A DNA stretch of 64,000 nt from Octopus sinensis (lineage: Eukaryota), in assembly GCF_006345805.1 (NCBI RefSeq), contig NC_043015.1:14632001-14696000 (forward strand). The letters are read 5' to 3'. A program made the translations under genes and the position numbers. Of this stretch, positions 24,291 through 37,410 are shown piece by piece; within the stretch, counting starts at the first letter, position 1, and every line of letters begins with the position of its first letter. Below the pieces are notes generated by a model. It did not search any database and was not told the DNA's origin. It saw nothing but the letters and a program-made list of their open reading frames with translations.

Positions 24291-25222
24291 CATATAATTA
24301 ACATATTTATTCTTTAAAAATATTCCTTGTAAACCAAAACCCAAAAATGGTAGTGATATTTCTGTTGTGGAATGTCTCATAGTGTTGTAAATTCCTGGAT
24401 AAGTATGTCTGTTTCAGTTTATTGTATTCTGCAAGCTTCATAGCTGTAAGAAATCATTATATTAATTGTGATTTATTTTCTGATATTTTGAAAAGATAAA
24501 AGTTATGTCGTGAGTTATAACCTCATTGAAAGGTCAAATTAGTCTTTTCTTAGCTCAAAGATGCAGGTCTCATTTCCGTTTTCTGTAATGAGACATTTGA
24601 ATGTTAGACATTCAAATTTATTTCTTATTTAACGCTTCAAATTGTTCATTTATATTTATGGTTTTTGTTGCAGATGTTATTGTTTAATTAGTTTATATTG
24701 AAATATACTTTAAATACAGCCATAAAATTACTCCCTACTTCTGTCTGTTGTGGAGAAAATAATTTTGATATTCTGAACTTTAATAATGATTATTTGATTT
24801 AAACTCTAAATTGTGCATCTACATAAGTAAATTATTATTTGGTACAAGTTGAGCAGTTGAGAAGTTCACTTTCCAAATATATGGTTTCAAGTTCAGTAAA
24901 CCTTGTGACTCTTTGGGCAGGCATCTATTGTTGCCCAAAGCCAACCAAAGCACTGTGAATGGATTTGGTACATGGAAACTGAAAGAAGCACATTATGTAT
25001 ATATATAATCTAAGTTAAAAATAATGGTCATTACATATTTTCCCTCTATTGGAGCAAATTTAGCTTACAGCTGTTTCCAGTTGTCATTATAGGTACATTA
25101 CTGATAGGTTTACTCAATTGGTCTATTGATTAATTAAAGAAAATTGAAAGACCTAAGAAAATTAATGCTACTTCCAACAGAACCATTTCTGGTTATGTAA
25201 GGTATACTAGCCATCTCAATAT

Positions 25223-25550
25223 GGCTAACCACTAAGGGTGGGTGTTACTGTAGCTTGTAGCCCCAGGAGATCATTGTCTCCAGCTGGCTTTAGGCACACT
25301 TTCTGTGCCCTTATGGTATTTGCAAAGGGAGGTCATCCCTCTCTCGTCAACCTAAGTGATACGCACAGACTGCAGTTTCTAGGTATTTGCCTGTCTTCGG
25401 CGTACGACAATCACCGGTTTTCGATGAAGGGAGTCTGTTTGCAAATCCTTATATATCGTTTTTCCAGTAACTTTTCGTCACTGATTTCGAAAAACTGTCT
25501 GCAAACAATAATAAATCTCTGAACAAGATGTAAACAGTAACTGCACGACA
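25223..25550. mobile_element. Young 328-bp insertion with a perfect 28-bp TSD (class unknown)
   Basis: ATGTAAGGTATACTAGCCATCTCAATAT at 25195-25222 and 25551-25578. The interior is more GC- and CpG-rich than the flanks. Confidence 0.8.
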
Positions 25551-25584
25551 ATGTAAGGTATACTAGCCATCTCAATATATATGT

Positions 25585-25890
25585 CTGTGAGGTAAGAAGT
25601 TTGCTTCCCAACCACATGATACTGGGATTAGTCCCTCTATGTGGAATTTTGGGCAAGTGTCTTCTACTATAGCCTTGGGACAACCAAAGTCTTGTGAGTT
25701 AATTTGGCAGGTGGAAACTAATGTGTGTATATATACATACACACACACATATATGTGTGTGTATGCATGTATACATATGTATATATCTATGTGTGTGTTT
25801 CTTTGTTTTTGTTTGACAAAAACCCTTTAATGTCATGCTCCAGCATGGTTGTAGTTCAGTGACTGAAACAAATAAAAGATAAAAGATATG
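25585..25890 (+). mobile_element. SINE family A (internally shortened)
   Basis: Head, core and tail motifs present. Confidence 0.75.
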
Positions 25891-26313
25891 CATGTGTGTC
25901 TATGTGTTTTGTGTGAGTGAGTTCATATCTCCTTCTTCTTCATGTGTGTTTGCTTGCTTATTATAAACCACAGCTTCACTCATAGTGTTATTTGTTCACA
26001 GTCCACTGCAAAGCACATCAAAGGCCTTTTGATCTGCCTTCCCTGACATGGTGCATGATATTTGTAAGCAAAAAACACATTCATATAGTGTTGCTAGTTT
26101 GCTCCACATTCTCTCCATAAATCTGCCCTAGCTGTTGTTTGATAAATTGGGTGATTATTATCTTGCTTGGAAGCAAGTGGAGATTGGAAATAGGAAGGAC
26201 ATCTGGCTGTAGGAAACTAACTAGACATATTCTTGTTTGACCCTTCAAATATGGAAAAGTAAATGCTAAATTGAGGATGATGAGATTGAAATTGTAATAT
26301 ATATACTAAACAA

Positions 26314-26530
26314 GGCAGTGAGCTGGTGCAATCATTAGCACACCAGGTAAAATGCTTAGCAGCATTTTGTTCATCTTTACATTTCTGAGTTCAAATTCCA
26401 CCGAGGTCAGCTTTGCCTTTCATCCTTTGAGGGTCAATAAAATAAGTACCAGTCAAGCACTGCGATCAATGTAATCAACTTAGCCTCTCCCTCAGATCTG
26501 CTGTCCTTGTGCCAAAATTTGAAATCAATA
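26314..26530 (+). mobile_element. SINE family B
   Basis: GGCAGTGAGCTGG head, GAGTTCAAATTCC, TTTGCCTTTCATCCTTT core. Confidence 0.8.
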
Positions 26531-27158
26531 TAGATGCTAAACTATTTTGTGTATTCTCATCTGTATTCAACAATAATAGAATCACGTTTAGTACTTTCAT
26601 CTAATATTCAGTTATGGAATTAATTAAATATAATATTCTTGTAGAAATGATAATGCCATTTAAAAGCTGTTTAAAACATTGAAACTATGTAATGTGTAAA
26701 ATTGTATTTAAATCAAGCAGCTGAATTAGAGAAACCTTGAAATTACTTGTGAACAAGATATTGTTAAAGACGTTAATTGTAATATTCTTAAGTCAATTTT
26801 AATTGTCTTATCATTTTGGCAGGTGCATGTTCATTGGTCTCTGGTAATGCTTAGGGTTGTAAATACATTCAAGATACAGTAACCTTACACACTTCATTTA
26901 ATTAATCTGTTGAAATTCCTCAGAAGGATGTAAAGTATGTTAGCAGATTATTAAATTTTGATTACATAATATATCTAAACATATACGCACACATGTACAC
27001 ACACACACACACACACACACACAAGTAAGCATGTAAATGCAAAACAAGGTGGAAAAAAATAGTACTCGAGTACCAAATATTGACAAACAGGAATGTGAAA
27101 CTCTCAGTAACAGTTTTGAGATAATTTTGTAGCTTTAATAAAAGTGTGTGTGTGTGTG

Positions 27159-27216
<58 letters not shown>

Positions 27217-28332
27217 GTATGTATATACTATACTGACACTCTGTCAGTTACAATAATGAGTGTTTCAGTTGATCCAAAGAATTGAACAGCCTGCTTGTGA
27301 AATTAATGTGCAAGTGGCTGAACACTCCACATACATATATATATCATATATATATGTGTATAGGCATTTCATACATTGTAGAAAGAAGTGTTGCATTCAT
27401 AAAGATCTCGTGTTAATGTCAACTTCCATAATATTATTTTCTCTTATTGTTGTGTTTATGTAACTTCCATATAACTTGGATGTCAAAAGGAAAATAGGTT
27501 TCATGCTACAATATTCCATATTATGGCAAGATTTTCAGGAGAACAATGTCTCTATAGCTCACAGGAAACATCTCTCTGTGTTTGTGTATCTTTATTGAAG
27601 AGAAAACAAACTAGATATGTGAATAATTGTTTTATAATTAGCAGTCACTGACATTAATAGATGTTTCAAGAAGAAATATTACAAATCTGCTACAATTAAA
27701 CTTGATATAGTAATTAACGCCTTATAGCAAACACTTGTTAAAATGTTACTACTTTAATAAATGTCATCACATTGAATAATGCCTTGTACGGATAGAAATA
27801 TTTTTACAACTGTTATAAGAGAGAAATATTACATGTACAATGTTTTGGGAAATTTTCTGAAAGCAATAATTATAATAAGTTGAGCTATACAATTAAGGAT
27901 CACTGTGGGTTGACTTAATTTTGTGAGATAAAGGTTTTGAAACATAACTGGAATGTTATAAGGATTGTGCTTTGTATTACAAAAAGTATTTTTTGTTGTA
28001 GATAGAGAAGTCCAAAAAGGAGACTGAGGAAATAGATGTAAGTTGTATTTTCCAGCATAAAAAGTGAATTGCATGTGTAAATGGGTTAACGAACCATTGA
28101 AAATTATCTCTGCCTTGTGAAAGTCCTGCAGGTATTATAATGAATCGAATATTGTTTACTTTGAGAGTTACATATACTGCTTAACAGAATGAAAAGAAAC
28201 ACAGCTAGAACTATTTTGAAGAATATCAAAAAGAAAATCATCTTAATGTACATGTGTGTGTAATCTGACAATGAGTGAAAATTTGTTGAATATGTTTCAG
28301 ATACAAATACAAATATACTCCCTCTTTCTCTT

Positions 28333-28439
28333 ATGTATGTATGTATGTATGTATGTATGTATGTATGTATGTATGTATGTATGTATGTATGTATGTATGT
28401 ATGTGTATGTATGTATGTATGTATGTATGTATGTATGTA

Positions 28440-28525
<86 letters not shown>
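28333..28525. repeat. (TATG)n(TG)n microsatellite
   Basis: Direct reading. Confidence 0.98.
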
Positions 28526-28529
<4 letters not shown>

Positions 28530-28545
28530 ATATATATAAAAGCAT

Positions 28546-29030
28546 CATCATCATTTAATGTCCATTTCCATGCTGGTATGGGTTGGATGGTTTGATTGAG
28601 GACTGGCGAGCCAGATGGCTGCACCAGGCTCCAATCTGATCTGGCAGAGTTTCTACAGCTGGATGCCCTTCCTAACACCAACCACTCTGAGAGTGTAGTG
28701 GGTTCTTTTACGTGCCACCAGCACGAAGGCCAGTCAGACAGTACTGGCAATGGCCACACTCAAATGGTGCATTTTATGTGCCATCTGCACAGCATCCAGT
28801 CTAGCGGCACTGGCAACAACCTTGCTTGAATGTTGTTTTTCATATGTCACTGGCACAAGTGCCAGTAAGGTGACACTGGTAACAATCATGCTCGAATGGT
28901 GCTTTTATGTGCCACCGGCATGGGAGCCAGTCAGTGGTGCTAGCAACGATCACACTCAGATGGTGCCCTTAGTGTTCCACTAGCACGGATGCCAGTCATG
29001 AGGTGCTGTCATTGAATTTGATTTTGATTT
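28546..29030 (-). mobile_element. 5'-truncated RTE LINE 3' UTR/tail
   Basis: Reverse complement of the tail at 52930-53075 ((GAT)n end, AGGAAGGGCATCCAGCTGTAGAAAC). Further copies at about 32010-32300, 45170-45430 and 58740-58910. Confidence 0.7.
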
Positions 29031-29773
29031 CATTTGCCTCAACAGGTCTTCACAAGCAGAGTTTAGCGTCCAATGAAGGAAAGGTATGCATAAGTGGGCT
29101 GGTTACACCACTGGCATAGGCCACAAGGTTATGGTCTCACTTGGCTTGCCGGCTCTTCTCAAGCACAGCATATATGTATATATAAAATATAAAAATTGGG
29201 TGAAATTCTGAAAACAATTTTTGATATATACATATACATACATACATTTTATCACCATAATCATTTAATGGACTTTAAATAATAATGATGTTGGTAAAAT
29301 GCATATATATTTGTGTATATACTGAAAAATGTTTTCAGTGTTCCATTGAATTTGTATATATTACTGGAAGAAGTATTCTGTAATTGAATGATCTTCATAG
29401 ATGAAATTCTTTTTATCTATTTTCTGCTTTTCTAGCTATTGGTAATTTGAGTGAGAAATTTTGATATGCTTGTTCTTAACATCTGCTGAATATATATATG
29501 TTCAAGATATTGCAGAAGTATAGGAGGCCACTATCTGCCTATCTGTTAGGATGTTCAGAATTGTTTAAGTGGCTACATTGTATATTACGTAATGTAACTG
29601 AATGGTTACAGGTGCTAACACAAAACTAAGCTTGCAATTAATATTTAAATAGATTGAATAAATCTTTAGACTGAGTTTTCAGCTAAAATTTAAACAGATT
29701 GAATAGTTCTATGGCGCAAGAAACTTTCATTTCGAAGAAGAAAGGATAACTTCCTTTGCTTTATTGTATTTAG

Positions 29774-29875
29774 GAGGAAATGTGCTCAGACAAGAAGTTC
29801 TTGACAGATAGAATGCTTCTCAAGCAAGATTGGATTTGTCCTCCAGAAATAACAAAGCATCTCAAGAAGAATTTG
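29774..29875 (+). CDS. Probable coding exon 3: EEMCSDKKFLTDRMLLKQDWICPPEITKHLKKNL
   Basis: Acceptor TTCCTTTGCTTTATTGTATTTAG, 34 open codons in phase 0, purine-rich versus the flanks. The donor GTTTGC is weak, so the 3' boundary is less certain. Confidence 0.6.
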
Positions 29876-32452
29876 GTTTGCACTTATTTATTCATGATTT
29901 GAGATTTGTATGAAAACAGCAGAATAATTAAATTGATGTGTCATATAAAAATGGGTGGGACTTCAGGGTTTTTGTTGGTTTTCACAAACTGATACAGAAA
30001 GAATGGTTCTGAATTATGTTCTGAAAATATTAACTCATTTTATCCAATTATTCCAATCTTGGTAGTGGTAATTATATTTTCATAATGCCCTTTACCAATC
30101 TCTGCTGAATGCAAACTTGAAGAATACATGAATATGCTTTCAAATGTTTGACCTATTTTCATATCCTGTTCTTTAAGAACACATAGTTTCTTCATACAGA
30201 GAGAACATGAAATATCTTAAATGATTCTAAATAAACAAATTGTTTCATAGGATTCACAATAAATTACATTCCTTTAGTTTCTCTTCTTTAATTTCAGACT
30301 TGTTTGGTTTCTCCATTGAAATTATATTCTTTAAACAATGTCACTTCCTGTTAACTTTAGGAAACAAAAGTAAAGTATTCTGTAGTTATATACAGTTCCT
30401 CTGTTTTCACTCTCCGCTTATAAATAAGAATTTGAAAGAGTAGTACCTATGTACATTGGAAGAAATCAATTTTAATATAAATTTCACATTGTGTGTCAGC
30501 CATTTTTTTTTCACCTTTTTCTATCAAAGATAATAGGTCATTGATATGCTGTGTATGAATCCAAATATAATTCCATGCTATTGACAATATTCAAGCATTT
30601 ACTTATAAAGAAGTGCTAATATATTTTATGATTCTATCATGTTAAAACAGATACTTGCCATTATTGATTCATAAATTAAAGCAACCACTCAATTTTGTCT
30701 CAATAAAGAATAAATTTACAGGACATTATGTAACCTACTTTACCATTTTTTTTCAAAATTAAATATTTATTACGTTAGAGTAGTTTTTGCATCACTATGT
30801 AACATATACTATGCTATACAGTGATATGAAAATCTTCAAAGAATTTTAGAGTGACTCGTTATATTGGTTTCTATATGTCAGTCTGTCTGTCTCTCTTTTT
30901 CACTCTCTCTCTCTCCCCCTCCCTGTCCTTCCCGTTTTTCTTCTCTTTTTGTATTGCCTGACTGACAAGCTGATTGTCTAGTTTGGTCAAATAATTAATA
31001 ACATTAAAATTTCATGAGGAATTTTCTCTCAGAAAAATATTGGAAAAGTGTCATTCATATCTGTCACTACTAAGAGTTGGATATATATTCTAAGTTCTTC
31101 CATTATATTTGGAATGGTTGTGAAACTGAAGCTTATATCTTTTCATTCCACATTAGGTGCATTAATAATAAGAAAATGCTATATTATAGAAATAATATTA
31201 TCATAGAGTTGTGCAGATATAATTCCATTAATTTATTGTTGGATTTAACCTTTTTTAATTTATTGCTTGCTTGCAGTAGGGGAAAGACAAGAATATTGGA
31301 ATAAATGCCTAACAGTATTTAGTTATATCTCTTTATGTTCTGAAGTTCTCCTTTTCTTCCCCAATGATTCATAAAATGAATACCAGAAATATACTGGCAT
31401 CAATAAATCAAAAAACCAGGTGTGGCTGTATGGTAAGAAGTTTGTTTCCCAGCCATATCATTTCAGGTTCAGTCTCACTGTATGACACCATGGTTAAGTG
31501 TCTACTATAGCCTTAGGCTGACCAGAGCCTTGCGAGTGGAAACTGAAAGAAGCCATCTGTGTGTGTGTGTATATATATCTGTCTGTTTGTCTATCTATCT
31601 TTTCATATATATATATATATTATATGCGCAATTATTTCCTAGTATGATAGCTGTAAATGTCTTGTCATGCAAGTGGTGTCCTTTGATTTCAGTCTTCTGT
31701 GAACACATGCTTGGTCATGAGGAAATATTGCTTTTTCTGGAAATGGGTGAATATTGGAAATAGGAAAGGCATCTGACTGTTGAAAATCCACCATAAATTC
31801 TGTCCATCCTGAGTATGGAAAAGTGGATGTTAAACTGATGATGATGATGGTATCAAAGGTCCATATCGATCATATAAAGCAATTCATGTTTTGTGAAGGA
31901 AAATGGAAGATGACAGTTTCTCTAATAGTTACAGACATGTCCTTTATGGTCATGCCCCTCTTCCCTCTCTTTGACAAGAGGTATTTGTCTTGTGAATGGT
32001 GGTGTCATGTAAAGTGCACTTGTGCCAGTGCCACATAGAATGCATGTATGCTAGTGCCACATGAAGTGCACTTGTGCCAGTACCCCATAAAAGCAGTCAT
32101 GCGCTTGCATGTAAAAAGTACCCAGCACACGCTGTAAAGTGGTTGGCATTAGGAAGGGCATTCAACTGTAGAAAGCTGAATGTCCTACCAAAACAGATTT
32201 TGGAGCCTGGACAGCTCTCTGGCTGACCAGCTCCTGTCAAACCCTGCAACCCCTGTCAGCATGGAAAACAGACATTAAATGATGACAATGGTGATGATTA
32301 CCTAAGAGTCAGTATTGATTCCCGTGTTTACTACTTCTCTTATAACAATAGGGATATCTTTTACTTACTTGTCCCAGAGTTTTTTCAGTACTCAGGCCAA
32401 ATCCTGATATTTTCAATCCTTATTCTTATTTCTTGTTTATCATAGGGTTCGA

Positions 32453-32547
32453 GAAAATTGCAATATTACATTTGTTTATACAGAAAATAAAAGAATATGT
32501 TTGCTCTGTGATTCCTTAATTGCAATAGTGAAGAATAACAATGCATA
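32453..32547 (+). repeat. Near-identical inverted copy of 35787-35878, flanked by a 19-bp direct repeat
   Basis: One substitution and one 3-nt indel versus the reverse complement of 35787-35878. CATAGGGTTC(G/T)AGAAAATT at 32441-32459 and 32544-32562. Confidence 0.9.
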
Positions 32548-32584
32548 GGGTTCTAGAAAAATTCGTAGTCTTTTTCTGTTACCT

Positions 32585-32920
32585 TTAACTTGTCTCAGTC
32601 ACTGGATTGCAGCCATGCTGGGAAATTGTCTCGAGGGGTTTTGTCAGACAAACTGATTCCCTCCACTATTTATTTGATAAGTCTGATACTTATTCTATTG
32701 GCCTCTTTTGCTGAACCACTAAGTTACAGTGATGTAAGCAAACCAACACTAATTGTCAATGGTAGTGGGCAGGTGAATACAAACACAACACACACGTTCA
32801 TACACACACACACACACACACATGATGGGTTTCTTTCAGTTTTCTGACTGCCAAATTCACTCATGAGGCATTGGCTGGCCTGGGGCTATATTAGAAGTCA
32901 CTTGCCCAACATACCGTGCA
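32585..32920 (-). mobile_element. SINE family A (decayed)
   Basis: rc tail and core motifs. Confidence 0.7.
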
Positions 32921-33540
32921 TGATCCTAGTAATCAGTAGAGTGTAGTTCAGGTGGTGAATTAGTAGATTTGCTTGAGAATAGGATAGAATGCCTTGCAGT
33001 TTTTGTTTTGGCTATCTGAGTTCAAATCCCACTGAAATCAACTTTGCTATGCAGCCTTTTGAGTCAAGTACTAGTGGTTATGTTGCACTGTGAGTAGAGT
33101 CATGGGGACCACTAACAGAATTCTTTCTCTAGAATTGGAGAAAAGTTGACCCAAGTTCTAGCAGTCTTTTACTGATATCCTACAGAAATCCAAAGATGGA
33201 CTGATGTATAGTATAGAACTGAAACAAAGATCAAGAACAAAGACTTATCATGTCTAGGTCTCTGTACTTCTGTTACATGGAAAATTGTTTTTTTTTTTGT
33301 TGTTTTTAGAGAAATTTTGTAGGCTCTTATAATTGTCATAATTATTAACAGCTTTGATTATTGATAATTCTCGCTTTTATCAACTTTGAATAAAAGCTTC
33401 CTGCTAACCAGTTGTGGCACTTTTCAAATATTGTGTCTTGAAATGAAGCTGGACATACTGTGAAAATAATAGAATACTATAAGCTGTTAGTCTAAGTATA
33501 AAGCCTTAATAGCTGTGTTTTATTTATTGAATAAAGAAGT

Positions 33541-33916
33541 ATGTGTAATGAAGTAGACAAAACTGTCAACCACATCAGGGCTATTATAGCATAAGAATTG
33601 TGGTTCCTATACATTTTTTTTACTTGTTGTACACTTTAAAGGAAATAAAATAATTTGGTGTATGTGCATAAAGTAAAACAATTTATTTAAAAAAAATTAT
33701 TAATAAATTTATTATTTTCTTTTAGTTTAGATTAATTATATTTGTAGGCTTAAATATTTAAATAATCTTTTTAAATTGTTTTACTTTATGCACAAACACC
33801 AAATTATTTTATTTCCTTTAAAGTGTACAACAAGTAAAAGAAATGTATAGGAACCACTATTCTTATGCTATAATAGCCCTGATGTGGTTGACAGTTTTGT
33901 CTACTTCATTACACAT
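33541..33916. mobile_element. Foldback element with 145-bp TIRs (Mutator-like MITE candidate)
   Basis: Arms 33541-33685 and 33772-33916 differ at 3 positions; 86-nt AT-rich spacer. AAGAAGTAT direct repeat at 33534-33542 and 33919-33927. Confidence 0.9.
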
Positions 33917-35689
33917 TCAAGAAGTATTACCTTAATAGAATCTCTCTACTTTTGCATTAGCAAGGTTTCTTCTAATCTCTTGTTTCTACACCTCCATCTT
34001 TCAACCAAGAACTGAATGTTCTATTATATCTTCTGCTCACTACTTTCTTTTTTCTTTTGATTGTAATATTTTCTCTATGATTTTGTCATTATTCTTTATT
34101 ATTGCATATATAAATTTCTCTCTAAATCTCTCTATTTTTTACATTGAATCATCTCATCTTATTTAATCACATTCAATTAAGCCACATATTGATAATTTAG
34201 AATACATGTCAGCATGTTATATTTTTGAAGACATAATGACTAATTTTAATTAAAACCAGTTATTTTATGAGCTCCATACACAAAATAATAATTTTGTGAT
34301 TATATGAGATCTTTAAACAATTAAAGACTCACTTATTTGTCTGAAGAAGAAAAAAATGAACTAAAAACAAGTGGAAATTAAACAATAAATCAATTCATGA
34401 CTTTTTTTTAAGAATTCAATATTTAGTTCTATTCATGCAGCAAATTTGATTCGGTGATTCTTTTGAGGCAAAAAGAATACACACACACATACACACAATG
34501 GAGGGAAATTAATATATATATTTGAAAATACTTCTTGCAGTAGTGCAACAAATACTTGGTATTTCTCTTTCCATAGAAAGCACCATTTGTGCATACACTT
34601 AGTAAATTACAAGAATTGAAGTTCATCTCATAGTGAAGATACAGCCATGTCAGTTCCACATGTCCTTGCAACAAGAGTACTCAAAACATATAACTCATAT
34701 GGAGATCCACATCCACTATCTTAAAACAAATGAAAAATGTTTTTACCTATTCAGTCAAATAATATCTTATAATAAGATACAGTACTATCATAATGAACAT
34801 ATGCTTCTCAAGGAGAAAGAATCACTTCTAGGTTAAATCAAGTTGAAGAACATGCACATTGAATTTTTAATTTCTTTTCTCTTACATAAAATGATTTCAG
34901 GGCAATTCTGTCTTGCAAAAAAGTTCTTTGTGTAATTATGGATGATGCTTTTGCTGCAAACAAGTTTCACAAGCCCATTTTCATATACTCTTCCAGGGTG
35001 TAGATAAAGATTTCTGGTTGCTCTTTCATTTTGTGCTATCTGTTGGGATGAGTCAGAATGGAATAGATCATCCTTTATGTTCATCTTGCCATGGTCCTTG
35101 CTAGCAGTTTTTGTGTATAATCTTAGGAAGGCAACCAGAACATGTTAACCATATGGTTTGCTTCTGATGAATTTACCATTAATGGGAGAATTTTACTACT
35201 AGGTTAAATCAAGTTATAATGATATTAGAATATGTTATTGTATTAAGTTTTTCTGTACATCATTTATAAATTCATGGTGTATGTAATTCATAATCCGTCA
35301 TTTAAGGTGGCAAGTTGGTTGAGTCATTAGTACACCAGACTAAGTGCTTAGCAGCATTTTGTTCATCGTTACGTTCTGAGTTCAAATTCTTAGCCTTTCA
35401 TCCTTGTGGGATTAATAGAATAAGTGCCAGTTGAGCACTAGGGTCAATATAATTGACTTACCCCTACTCAGAAATTGCTAGCTTTGTGCCAAAACTTGAA
35501 AGCAATTTCTAATCTGTTCTTAAAAGAGGTACTTGAATCTAAATGTGCTACCATTTCAATGCCATATTCTTTTATTGTAATAATTTCCATGTTATTGAAT
35601 GGCTTGCCATTTCTTACTTGTATCTATGCTTTTCTATAATTTAATTCAGTAATATTAGTTTGTTTCCTACATTTAAAATATTAACAATT

Positions 35690-35900
35690 GGTGTTACTGT
35701 GCATCTTACAATTTCTCAGGTGCAGACTCAGGAATTTTCTCCCAGTTTTGCATAATTGGGGGTTATTATGAGTTATACAATGCTGGTATGCATTGTTATT
35801 CTTCACTGTTGCAATTAAGGAATCACAGAGCAAACATATTTTATTTTCTGTATAAACAAATGTAATATTGCAATTTTCATTCTTCTTAAATAATCCACTC
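35690..35900 (-). pseudogene. hAT (Buster/SPIN/GTF2IRD2-like) transposase N-terminal zinc-finger relic
   Basis: FVYTENKICLLCDSLIATVKNNNAYQHCITH resembles the CLICxExIAVxKxxNxxRHYxTKH motif. Confidence 0.55.
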
Positions 35901-36229
35901 AATTGTTTTAATGTTTTTTCCTTATTTTGTATTATGATTGGGTTATCTGTGTTGTTAGCAATTCAAATCTAAAGGAAACACTCCAGGAAATTAGCAACAC
36001 TATTTGATAATGGGAATCAAAGAAAACTAATATATGGCTATATCTTTTACTAGCTGAGTTTCAACAGGAATGCATATTTAGTGGATTGGCTATAATAAAT
36101 TATCAGAAACTAATTATTCTTATTTCTGAAATGTTTTAGCCATAAATGCTCCTGATCTAGTGGTTGATTTAGCAGGAATTAATGTGTATGTTATTTCAGG
36201 AAACTGTTTTAAAAATTAAGAAGTGACTG

Positions 36230-37410
36230 AATTTTCAATGCAGAAAATACATCCTTTTTCTTTCAGAGACAAACCTCTCATCCTGTGAAAGGTGATGTCT
36301 TTGTGTACATAGAATCCACTCTTCTTATAACTTGCCAGTATTTTACTAACAATGACTTCCAGTTGTGGTTCGAAGTCTCTTTTCCCTATTTCTCTAAGTT
36401 CCCTTGTTCTGTCTTTTACTTCCCAAACTCCTCCAATCACTAACAGCTATTTATTTGTTTCATTTATTATTTTATTTATTGCATTGATGACATCTGTCTC
36501 ATGTTTATTCACATTCTTTCTGAAATCATCATATTTATGATCTTCAGTGTACATGACCACTCCTGACTCTAGTAACCATCCTGCACACCCTAACACCATT
36601 ATTTAAGAGGCTGAATCATTTGTCACCCTTGATGGTCTGCACCACACCTACCCCTTTACTTATTAGATAGACTGAACAGCCATGATTTGTTTCTCATTTT
36701 CAAACCCAACCTTCACCTTGTGGCATAACTGTTTCTGCAACCACTGTATTATCCAATTACTACCTAATAGAAGCAGTAATTGGATGAAGTCTATTCCCTT
36801 TCTCACCTCCATTTACACAGTCACTGATTGAAAAAGTCTTCTGATCAGTACAAGCTGAATGTTTCTGATGGCATTCTTTCTTCACTCTCAAACAGTACGC
36901 TCAAGTTAGCTCCTATCCTCATGAATCTCTCTTTTTCTCTTTGAGTCACTTATAATTTTTGGAAACAGACCACAGTGTAGTCTGTACTAAAGGAAAAACT
37001 TCTCTGACCTAGCAACACCTGACCTATAACATTCATTTCAAATGTCTAAATGTGTTTGAAGCAATTGTTAAAAATCACCTCCTTCATTACCTATAGTCTC
37101 CACCAATGATCAGCAGTATGGCATCTATAGGACTTGAGTTACACTTCTCTAATGGTTCCTCATTTTTGAGAGCTACAATGAAACCTGTGTTCTTGCCCTC
37201 GTTATCAATGAAACTTTTGACTACATCTGGTGTGAGAACTGTCTAAGTTGCATGCCTATATTCTACATCTCTCTCTCTCATTTATTGGCTCTAAAGCTTC
37301 CCATTATGCTACACCATTGCAGCATGTGCTAATGAGGCTCTCTCTAACCCACATTCTACATACCCCAGGATTCAGTAATGTCACTTCCTTTCTATCATTT
37401 CTAAAAACAT
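36230..37410 (+). mobile_element. Highly decayed CR1/L2-group LINE (EN + RT relics)
   Basis: ILFLSETNLS (endonuclease-like), then PITFIS..EAIVKNHLLHYL, DQQYG, IPQDSV. Resembles the 9247-10676 family. Confidence 0.5.

Noticed and set aside
28690-28990. Repeated roughly 25-40 bp units (GTGCCACC.GCAC..., CATGTAAAAGCAC...) resembling a CRISPR array; also near 32010 and 45180
   Set aside because: Irregular, degenerate subrepeats of the RTE 3' UTR in a eukaryotic context, with no constant repeat/unique spacer pattern and no cas genes.
34901-34997. Candidate exon AILSCKKVLCVIMDDAFAANKFHKPIFIYSSR, with a possible partner exon at 34577-34620
   Set aside because: Good acceptors but poor donors (GTGTAG, GTTCAT). 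The segment lies inside a 17-bp direct-repeat-flanked insert. Not supportable without RNA data.
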